From an uncultured Candidatus Saccharimonas sp. (lineage in GTDB: Bacteria; Patescibacteriota; Saccharimonadia; Saccharimonadales; Saccharimonadaceae): a stretch of DNA of 32,000 bases. Shown in pieces: positions 25,908 through 32,000 of this stretch; within the stretch, counting starts at the first letter, position 1; every line of letters starts with the position of its first letter. The position numbers and the translations under genes were made by a program. The stretch is taken from the NCBI GenBank assembly GCA_963528875.1, contig CAURWT010000001.1, positions 150,001 through 182,000 of the forward strand, written 5' to 3'. The notes beneath the pieces are model-generated. The model ran no database searches. It was given only the letters and a program-made list of their open reading frames with translations, and was not told the origin of the DNA.

Positions 25908-26969
25908 TTATTCTTCAGTTTTTTCTTCGTTTGGAGTTTCTTCAACAAATTCTTCACCACGAATTTTTGCTCGAACCTTAGCATCAATTTCAGCCATTAC
26001 ATCTGGATTTTCAAGCAAGTATCGCTTAGCATTTTCACGACCTTGACCAATATTCTGGTCGTTATATTTATAGAATGCACCAGATTTTCCTAAAATTTCA
26101 TGTTCAACCGCTAAATCTATAATATCTCCAGTTTTCGAAATTCCCTCATTATACATAATGTCGAATTCAGCAACTCGGAACGGTGCTGCAATCTTGTTTT
26201 TCACAATTTTAACCTTTGTACGGTTTCCAATTACATCATCACCACTTTTAATTTGAGCTGTTCGGCGAATATCAGCACGAACTGAAGCATAGAATTTAAG
26301 CGCGTTACCACCAGTTGTAGTTTCAGGATTTCCAAACATCACACCAATTTTCATTCGAATTTGGTTGATGAAAATCACCGTAGCTTTTGATTTATTAATA
26401 ATTCCAGTAAGTTTTCGAAGCGCTTGCGACATTAAACGAGCTTGAAGCCCCATGTGTGCATCACCCATATCTCCATCAATTTCAGCCTGCGGAACAAGAG
26501 CCGCAACTGAGTCAACTACAATCAAATCAACTGCATTAGAACGCACCAAAGTTTCAGTAATTTCAAGCGCTTGTTCGCCATTATCAGGTTGCGCGACAAG
26601 CAAGTTTTCAGTATCAACACCAAGTTTACGCGCATAAGCTGGATCAAGCGCATGCTCAGCATCAATAAACGCCGCTGTTCCACCTTGTTTTTGGATTTCA
26701 GCAATTGCATGGAGTGTTAAAGTAGTTTTTCCTGAACTTTCTGGTCCATAAATTTCAATAATTCGCCCCTTAGGGTAGCCACCGCCAAGCGCAATATCTA
26801 GACTTAAACATCCTGAAGGCAAAAGTTCAACATCGACTTTATGATTTTCACCAAGTTTCATAATTGAACCATCGCCGAATTGTTTCGAAATTTGTGCAAT
26901 CGCTAAATCTAGCGCTTGTTTTTTACCATCTTCAACTATTCCTGTATCTGTTTTTTTTGCTTTAGCCAT
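25908..26969 (-). CDS. recA: Recombinase RecA
   Basis: [13 protein letters not shown] (Walker A), [12 protein letters not shown] (Walker B), and the L1/L2 regions [19 protein letters not shown] and [26 protein letters not shown]. Confidence 0.98.
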   Translation of the reverse strand: MAKAKKTDTGIVEDGKKQALDLAIAQISKQFGDGSIMKLGENHKVDVELLPSGCLSLDIALGGGYPKGRIIEIYGPESSGKTTLTLHAIAEIQKQGGTAAFIDAEHALDPAYARKLGVDTENLLVAQPDNGEQALEITETLVRSNAVDLIVVDSVAALVPQAEIDGDMGDAHMGLQARLMSQALRKLTGIINKSKATVIFINQIRMKIGVMFGNPETTTGGNALKFYASVRADIRRTAQIKSGDDVIGNRTKVKIVKNKIAAPFRVAEFDIMYNEGISKTGDIIDLAVEHEILGKSGAFYKYNDQNIGQGRENAKRYLLENPDVMAEIDAKVRAKIRGEEFVEETPNEEKTEE

Positions 26970-26997
26970 AAAATTTTCTCCTTAAAATAATACCTTT

Positions 26998-27026
26998 ATT
27001 TTAACATTTTTTAGCAAAATGTTCAA
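26998..27026 (-). promoter_or_regulatory. recA promoter: TTGAAC, 17-nt spacer, TGtTAAAAT, with an SD-containing leader
   Basis: On the minus strand, TTGAAC is at 27026-27021 and TAAAAT at 27003-26998. AAGGAGA lies 8 nt before the ATG. Confidence 0.6.
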
Positions 27027-27028
27027 GG

Positions 27029-27046
27029 TTATTTTTCGAAAAATAA
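27029..27046. promoter_or_regulatory. Perfect 18-bp palindrome TTATTTTTCGAAAAATAA, abutting the recA -35
   Basis: Direct read; the sequence is self-complementary and centred on TTCGAA. It lies 2 nt upstream of the -35 hexamer. Confidence 0.4.
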
Positions 27047-27075
27047 AAAAGCTCAAAATGAACCTTAAAAAATAA

Positions 27076-27252
27076 TTAGAAAACTGTTGAGCCCTTTTGC
27101 CTCGCAAGCTGCTCACGGGCATTTTGTATTTTAGCTCTTTGATTTACAGATAATTTACGATTAGTAATTGCATTATGGCGTCTATCTAATCCAAAAGTTT
27201 TACAATAAACTATATTACCGACAGCATTTCTGCCAATTGGAATTTTAATCAT
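27076..27252 (-). CDS. Small basic hypothetical protein (58 aa from ATG 27252; 61 aa from GTG 27261)
   Basis: An AGGGGGG SD lies 8 nt upstream of ATG 27252, and a TGATAAAAT box (reverse complement of 27307-27315) lies further upstream. I recognise no family. Confidence 0.4.
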   Translation of the reverse strand: MIKIPIGRNAVGNIVYCKTFGLDRRHNAITNRKLSVNQRAKIQNAREQLARQKGSTVF

Positions 27253-27361
27253 TTTCTTCACCCCCCTAATTTTACTTTACTAATTTTTAAAACCAGCAAT
27301 AAACAAATTTTATCATAATTTTCTAACAAGTTCAAACTGATTAGACCAAAAAAATAAATTG

Positions 27362-27370
27362 TGATATAAT
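27362..27370 (+). promoter_or_regulatory. Extended -10 box TGATATAAT, 8 nt upstream of ATG 27379
   Basis: Direct read of 27362-27370. There is no SD. Confidence 0.5.
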
Positions 27371-27378
27371 AAAAATAT

Positions 27379-27768
27379 ATGAAGAAAAAATCTGGTTTTA
27401 CAGTTATTGAAATTTGTGTTGTAATTATATTTTTAATCGTCGTTGGCGTAATTTTTACAATACAAAGATTCGAACTTCTCGCAGTTCAACGCGATCAAAT
27501 TCGAAAACTTTCGATTAATGAAATTTATTATAATCTGGAAGAAGTTTATTACAAGAAAAACGGCTATTACCCTGAAAAAATCAACGAAGATGTCGTTAAA
27601 GGGATTGAGCCAAATCTCCTAACCGACCCTTCTGGAATTATAATTAATGAAGAAAAAAGTGAATACCACTACGAACCAACCAACTGTGAAAACGGTAAAT
27701 GTAAAAAATTCACACTTCGAGCAAAATTAGAAAAAGAAGGTGATTTTATTAAAAAATCTCGAAATTAA
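27379..27768 (+). CDS. Type IV pilin/pseudopilin-like protein
   Basis: Prepilin-type N-terminus MKKKSG/FTVIEICVVIIFLIVVGVIF (G-F-T-x-I-E followed by a hydrophobic helix). The C-terminal Cys pair is CENGKC. Confidence 0.75.
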   Translation: MKKKSGFTVIEICVVIIFLIVVGVIFTIQRFELLAVQRDQIRKLSINEIYYNLEEVYYKKNGYYPEKINEDVVKGIEPNLLTDPSGIIINEEKSEYHYEPTNCENGKCKKFTLRAKLEKEGDFIKKSRN

Positions 27769-27779
27769 ATATTTTAAAA

Positions 27780-27811
27780 ACGGCTTAAAAGTTTCGAAAG
27801 CCGTTTTTTTA
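27780..27811. terminator. Bidirectional terminator between the pilin-like gene and the bPH gene
   Basis: ACGGCTT/AAGCCGT stem followed by TTTTTTT on the plus strand, with an A-run on the other side. Confidence 0.65.
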
Positions 27812-28561
27812 TTATTTTACGCTCATTTTTACCCCTTCTTCAAAAAGTTTATCAGAAAGCATTTGATTTTCGCGAGCAGCCTCAACAATATCACTTAAAA
27901 ATTCTGCTTTTTTGTCTGGATTCGGCGAAAATGGAAAAGTATAAGTTGATTCATCGCCAATAGTGCTCAATTTAACAGTTCCATAATCAAACAAATGTTG
28001 CAAAATCCCCTCTCGAGAATAAGAAATATCTTCAATCGATTCAAGGTTGATTACTTGTTTTTTTTGGCTCATGATTGTATTCGAAATCCATTGAATTGCA
28101 CGTTCGTTCGTAATCACAAATCGATTCGCTCGATATACAATATAATTAACATAAGTTAATATAATTAAAAGTAGTGTGACTGAACCAAAAATTAAAGAAA
28201 TTTGTGGTTTAAAGTTTGCGGGAATTGGTAGCGGATTTGGCATAAAACAGATGATGATCCACGCGCTAATTAGTAAAACACCAATAAATGCACTAAAAAT
28301 AATATTTAAAAGATAGCCGAGTGAATGACGGCGCATTGAGAGAACCACATATTCATCTTCATCAACAGTGATATCTGGATAAGTTTTTACAGATTGTTCG
28401 TGGCGAGTTTTAATTACGCGTGGATCACCAACGGGAACTTCTACTTGCATGACTGGCTGAACTTGAATTGGAGCCCCCAAGTTGTTTTCGAAAGTTAAAT
28501 TCTGCCCATTTTGTGCGATTTTTTCTTCAAATTTTTGCGCCAAGCTTTGCTTATCATTCAT
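27812..28561 (-). CDS. Membrane protein with a bacterial PH (bPH_2/YdbT-like) domain
   Basis: Two TM helices followed by [53 protein letters not shown]. The start overlaps the ruvB stop by 8 nt. Confidence 0.6.
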   Translation of the reverse strand: MNDKQSLAQKFEEKIAQNGQNLTFENNLGAPIQVQPVMQVEVPVGDPRVIKTRHEQSVKTYPDITVDEDEYVVLSMRRHSLGYLLNIIFSAFIGVLLISAWIIICFMPNPLPIPANFKPQISLIFGSVTLLLIILTYVNYIVYRANRFVITNERAIQWISNTIMSQKKQVINLESIEDISYSREGILQHLFDYGTVKLSTIGDESTYTFPFSPNPDKKAEFLSDIVEAARENQMLSDKLFEEGVKMSVK

Positions 28562-29567
28562 CTTTAAATTCCTTTCCTAAATGTTCGAATGCTTTTTTGG
28601 TAATAATTCTTCCACGAGGAGTTCGTTGCAAAAAACCAATCTGCATCAGATACGGTTCATAAAAATCTTCGATTGTTGCAGTTTCATCACCTGTTAATGC
28701 TGCCATTGTATTTAAGCCAACTGGCCGCGTTCCGTAATTTTCGATCACCGAATTCAATAGATTTCTATCTGCTGCGTCGAGCCCTAGCTCATCAATTTCA
28801 AGCATTCTTAAAGCATTTTGAGTGGTTTTTGAATCAATAATTCCATCACCATTAACATCAGCATAATCACGAACCCGCTTTAAAATTCGGTTTGCAATTC
28901 GTGGAGTTAACCTTGCTCTCGTTGATAGAATTTTCGAAGCTTCATCTTGAATTTTACTTCCTAAAATTTTACTTGAACGTAAAATAATTTTCGAAATCTC
29001 TTCGGGTGTGTAAAATTCCAATCTATAAATATGACCAAAACGGTCTCGAAGTGGCGCTGCTAAACTTCCTGTTCTGGTAGTTGCCCCAATAACCGTAAAA
29101 TGTGGCAAATCTAACCGAACCGAGCGTGCGGCTGGACCTTTGCCAATCACAATATCAAGTTTGAAATCTTCCATTGCGGAATAAAGAATTTCTTCAACAG
29201 CGCGTGGCATTCGGTGAATCTCATCAATAAAAAGAATATCACCATCTTGTAAATTTGTTACAATCGAAGCCAAATCGCCAGCTTTTTCAATAGCTGGGCC
29301 AGACGTAATTCGAATATTCGCACCCATTTCACGCGCAATCACATTTGCCATTGTAGTTTTTCCTAACCCCGGCGGACCGTAAAGAAGCACATGGTCAATA
29401 TTTTCACCACGCTTTTTTGAAGCTTCAATTGCAAGTTTTAAGTTTTTCTTCATTCGCTCTTGGCCAACATATTCATCAAAATTTGTTGGGCGTAAAGAAA
29501 TTTCCACCTGCTGCTCTTGCGGTTCGTCATCATGTAAGTTTGCATCAATAATTCTCTCAATAGCCAT
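28554..29567 (-). CDS. ruvB: Holliday junction branch migration ATPase RuvB
   Basis: [13 protein letters not shown], Walker [10 protein letters not shown], Walker [10 protein letters not shown] and the sensor [17 protein letters not shown]. Confidence 0.96.
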   Translation of the reverse strand: MAIERIIDANLHDDEPQEQQVEISLRPTNFDEYVGQERMKKNLKLAIEASKKRGENIDHVLLYGPPGLGKTTMANVIAREMGANIRITSGPAIEKAGDLASIVTNLQDGDILFIDEIHRMPRAVEEILYSAMEDFKLDIVIGKGPAARSVRLDLPHFTVIGATTRTGSLAAPLRDRFGHIYRLEFYTPEEISKIILRSSKILGSKIQDEASKILSTRARLTPRIANRILKRVRDYADVNGDGIIDSKTTQNALRMLEIDELGLDAADRNLLNSVIENYGTRPVGLNTMAALTGDETATIEDFYEPYLMQIGFLQRTPRGRIITKKAFEHLGKEFKDE

Positions 29568-29574
29568 TAACTAT

Positions 29575-29583
29575 ATTATACCA
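29575..29583 (-). promoter_or_regulatory. Extended -10 box TGGTATAAT, 7 nt upstream of the ruvB ATG
   Basis: The reverse complement of 29575-29583 is TGGTATAAT, and there is no SD. Confidence 0.5.
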
Positions 29584-29587
29584 CGAC

Positions 29588-29616
29588 TTGACAAAAATAG
29601 AAAAATTTGTTATAGT
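29588..29616 (+). promoter_or_regulatory. Canonical promoter: TTGACA, 17-nt spacer, TGtTATAGT, for the 143-aa ORF
   Basis: TTGACA is at 29588-29593 and TATAGT at 29611-29616. The leader is about 55 nt, contains a TATTCC/GGAATA hairpin and ends with an AGGAGGG SD. Confidence 0.6.
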
Positions 29617-29672
29617 TCTAACGTGTATTCCTTTATGGAATAAGAAATTTTTATATTTAGGAGGGCTCTAAT

Positions 29673-30104
29673 ATGAGCAACTTAAAAAATTTAGTCAAAA
29701 GCGATATTGCCATTTTCGAAAATGCTGTAAAATTAGCTCACGGCGATGAAGAAACCGCGCGAGAAAACCTTAGCAAAAAAATAATAGGTTTCGCTAAATT
29801 AATTCGAAATAGATTTAACCCCTCTAAGCTAGAAGAAAGCGAACTGGTCAATCTACAAAAAGTTGATACAACTGGAGGGTTTGGAGTTGAGGAAGAAATA
29901 ATTTTCCTGACCAACACAAATAATTGCTTTGGTGTAAATAGCTGTGGAGAAATTTACAGCTTCTCGGTTAAATCTGGGAATAAATATGGTTTTCGTCGAC
30001 TAGATTCAAATGAAATTTTAAATCTTCCAAAAAATGAGCTTGAGTATTTACACCGGCAGTTTTTCCAAGCTGCGAAAGAAGTTTTTAAAAATCGATTATG
30101 CTAG
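29673..30104 (+). CDS. Hypothetical protein (143 aa) inserted on the opposite strand between ruvB and ruvA
   Basis: Strong promoter, SD and terminator. I recognise no family. Confidence 0.6.
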   Translation: MSNLKNLVKSDIAIFENAVKLAHGDEETARENLSKKIIGFAKLIRNRFNPSKLEESELVNLQKVDTTGGFGVEEEIIFLTNTNNCFGVNSCGEIYSFSVKSGNKYGFRRLDSNEILNLPKNELEYLHRQFFQAAKEVFKNRLC

Positions 30105-30126
30105 ATCCATATAGTATAAAATAAAA

Positions 30127-30160
30127 GTCGCACAAAATGTGCGGCTTCTTTCTTTTTTTC
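30127..30160 (+). terminator. Rho-independent terminator after the 143-aa ORF
   Basis: GTCGCAC-AAAAT-GTGCGGC hairpin followed by TTCTTTCTTTTTTT. Confidence 0.65.
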
Positions 30161-30165
30161 AAAAT

Positions 30166-30741
30166 TTAAATTCCAGCTTTCAGTGCCAAAGTAATGCGCT
30201 CCTCTGTTGGTAAATCTCGCGGAATTTGTTCTAATGCTTTTGTTGCATCATTTAAATTAAACCCAAGAGCAATCAGAGCTTCTAAAGCCTCATCAGATGA
30301 AAAATAATGAGGATTTTCAGTATTTTGTGATTTCGAAATCGCCATTCCAACTTTATCTTTTAAATCTAAAATTACACGCTCAGCTGATTTCTTACCAACT
30401 CCAGATGCTTTTTGGATAAATTTTGCATCTTCGCAAGCAATTGAATTTCGAACATCTTCAGTTTCACCTAAACTCATAATTGCAACTCCAGCCCTTGGGC
30501 CAATTCCTTGAACAGTAATTAAAAGTTCAAAAAGCTTTTTAGATGCCAAACTCGAAAAACCAAAAAGTTCTTGACTTCTATCGGTAATATTATGATATGT
30601 GTAAAATTTAATATCATCGCCCAGAACTGCTCGTTCAAACTCATTTGCGGGAACGATAACTTCATATCCAACACCAGCAACATCCACAATCACGCTACCA
30701 GCAAATTTTTCAACAATTTTTCCAGAAATATGTGCAATCAT
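30166..30741 (-). CDS. ruvA: Holliday junction DNA helicase subunit RuvA
   Basis: MIAHISGKI....VIVDVAGVGYEV, the HhH region LLITVQGIGPRAGVAIMS...LQKASGVGKKSAERVILDLK and C-terminal domain III. Confidence 0.92.
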   Translation of the reverse strand: MIAHISGKIVEKFAGSVIVDVAGVGYEVIVPANEFERAVLGDDIKFYTYHNITDRSQELFGFSSLASKKLFELLITVQGIGPRAGVAIMSLGETEDVRNSIACEDAKFIQKASGVGKKSAERVILDLKDKVGMAISKSQNTENPHYFSSDEALEALIALGFNLNDATKALEQIPRDLPTEERITLALKAGI

Positions 30742-30747
30742 TAAATT

Positions 30748-30756
30748 ATTTTACCA
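30748..30756 (-). promoter_or_regulatory. Extended -10 box TGGTAAAAT, 6 nt upstream of the ruvA ATG
   Basis: The reverse complement of 30748-30756 is TGGTAAAAT, and there is no SD. Confidence 0.5.
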
Positions 30757-30771
30757 TAAACTCTTTAAGTT

Positions 30772-31257
30772 TTAAATACGCGTCATATAAAAATGCGTAA
30801 TTGCAGCAGCGAGTGCATCGGCTGCATCATCTGGCTTCGGAATTTCAGCCAAATTTAAATTCGAACGCACCATTTCCTGCATTTGCTTTTTATTCGCTCC
30901 ACCATAACCTGTTAAAGTTTGTTTAATCTGATTTGGAGTATATTCTGAAATTGGAATTTTTGATTGTTGAGCTACTAACATAGCCACACCACGAGCCTGA
31001 GCTACCGAAATTGCCGTTGTTACGTTTTTCGAAAAAAATAGTTTTTCAATTGAAACTTCATCTGGATTAGTTTCTGCAATAATCTCTTTCAAGCCATTAT
31101 AAATTTCTTCAAGCCGAATTTCAATTGGTGTATGAGCCGGAGTTGAAATAACACCACCAGTTACCATTTTTAAGGGCTTACCAATCTGGCAATCTACAAC
31201 GCCGAAACCCAAAATTCCAGTTCCGGGGTCAATTCCTAGAATTCGCCGCTTTTTCAT
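30772..31257 (-). CDS. ruvC: Crossover junction endodeoxyribonuclease RuvC
   Basis: ILGIDPGTGILGFGVV, SIEKLFF and DDAADALAAAITH contain the catalytic acidic residues. Confidence 0.92.
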   Translation of the reverse strand: MKKRRILGIDPGTGILGFGVVDCQIGKPLKMVTGGVISTPAHTPIEIRLEEIYNGLKEIIAETNPDEVSIEKLFFSKNVTTAISVAQARGVAMLVAQQSKIPISEYTPNQIKQTLTGYGGANKKQMQEMVRSNLNLAEIPKPDDAADALAAAITHFYMTRI

Positions 31258-32000
31258 TTTTTACCTTTTGAAAATTTCGCAAAAATATCTTTTCGAAATT
31301 CGAAAAATAAAATCGCTAAAAATACTAGAATCACAACAGCGATAATCCACCAACCCGTGAATTCGGCCTGTTTAGAATTTTCTTCCTCTTTTTTTACACC
31401 ATCACTAGCACCACTGTTTTTTACAACTTTTCTGCAACGATTCGTCTCTTCATTTCGCTCATATCCATCTTTACAAGGCGCTAGTTCTTTTTTAACTTCA
31501 TTACTGTTTTTTCTACAACGATTTGTTTCAGGATTTCGTGTATATCCTGGAGCGCATAAAACATCTTTTTTCGAAACTATTACACTTGAAATTTTTCGAC
31601 ACCTATTAGTTTCTGAATTGCGCTCATAACCTTCACGACATTCCAATGTAGCTTTTTCTACTAAAATTTTATTACATCGATTTGTTTCAAGATTTAAGAA
31701 ATAACCATTTTCACATTTTTTTTCTTGATTTTCTTCTTTAATCTTATTACAGCGATCAGTTTCTTCGTTTAAAAAATATCCTGCTTGGCAAGTTTTTTTA
31801 TTTTTTTCACAATGATTTTCAGAGTTTAAAAAGAATCCATCTTCACAAACTTGAAGAATATTTTCACTATTTTTTGTTATTTTAAAGCTTTGTTTCCATT
31901 CTTCTCCATCAAAAATCCAGCTTAAATTCTTCTTTGAGCCCTTCAATTCAATACTTTGAATTTCTTGTTTTTTTGAATTTAAAAGAATAATTTTATTATT
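31254..32000 (-). CDS. C-terminally membrane-anchored protein with six tandem Cys-pair repeats (5'-partial; the frame stays open to the window edge)
   Basis: The track starts it at a TTG (31946), but the frame upstream (NNKIILLNSKKQEIQSIEL...) has no stop up to position 32000. The repeat is C-x2-G-[YF]-x2-N-x-E-[TN]-x-[RH]-C-x-K, six times. The TM helix WWIIAVVILVFLAILFF is near the C-terminus. The gene overlaps the ruvC start by 4 nt. Confidence 0.6.
   Translation of the reverse strand, partial: NNKIILLNSKKQEIQSIELKGSKKNLSWIFDGEEWKQSFKITKNSENILQVCEDGFFLNSENHCEKNKKTCQAGYFLNEETDRCNKIKEENQEKKCENGYFLNLETNRCNKILVEKATLECREGYERNSETNRCRKISSVIVSKKDVLCAPGYTRNPETNRCRKNSNEVKKELAPCKDGYERNEETNRCRKVVKNSGASDGVKKEEENSKQAEFTGWWIIAVVILVFLAILFFEFRKDIFAKFSKGKK

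Noticed and set aside
1-32000. Alternative genetic code (UGA recoding, as in some CPR lineages such as Gracilibacteria/Absconditabacteria)
   Set aside because: Conserved genes (ftsH, recA, ruvB, murJ, copA) are full-length under the standard code with Trp as TGG. ruvB ends at a TGA at the expected C-terminus. The only broken conserved gene, lepA, is explained by a 1-nt frameshift ending at TAA.
4075-32000. Explaining the TTCGAA excess simply by frequent Phe-Glu dipeptides
   Set aside because: The hexamer is used in all three reading frames (F-E, x-R-x through CGA, and x-S-K/N through TCG) and also occurs in intergenic regions (for example 27036 and 27793). A single dipeptide bias cannot account for it. 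A codon-pair artefact remains possible and is listed as the refutation test.
1-32000. CRISPR arrays, tRNA genes and rRNA genes
   Set aside because: There are no direct-repeat/spacer arrays. All intergenic gaps are about 130 nt or shorter except the cop-flank region, and none shows tRNA-like GC-rich stems or rRNA-like sequence.

Overview
AT-rich backbone with compact, mostly minus-strand housekeeping genes. The gene content suggests a reduced-genome, Patescibacteria/CPR-like organism, possibly Saccharibacteria; this is inference only. From left to right: (i) a surface-glycopolymer locus (1-9950) with a GT2+GT4 fusion, a GT2, a Wzm/Wzt-type ABC exporter, an LGFP-repeat wall protein and a GtrB/GtrA pair; (ii) jag-yidC-rnpA and a DUF4352-like protein; (iii) a ~3.5 kb GC-richer insert (about 12.58-16.13 kb) carrying a complete streptococcal-type copper operon copY-cupA-copA, with its own promoter, two cop boxes and terminators, plus a decayed SGNH-hydrolase remnant; (iv) frameshifted lepA, then murJ, ftsH, an unknown gene, tilS, a PilB/GspE-like protein with all ATPase boxes degenerate, a PRC-barrel-like gene, recX-recA, a pilin-like gene, ruvB, an inserted opposite-strand ORF, ruvA-ruvC and a Cys-pair-repeat surface protein. 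Signals beyond ordinary annotation: the foreign cop island and its odd junctions (a C11 tract on the left, a 25-nt internal direct repeat on the right); a several-fold excess of the palindrome TTCGAA/TTTCGAAA in the backbone with none in the island; a repeated TGnTAwAAT box 6-11 nt upstream of start codons, implying leaderless mRNAs; a 1-nt frameshift that splits lepA at an SD/TAATG restart; and an 18-bp perfect palindrome abutting the recA promoter. I found no tRNA, rRNA, CRISPR array, integrase or transposase.
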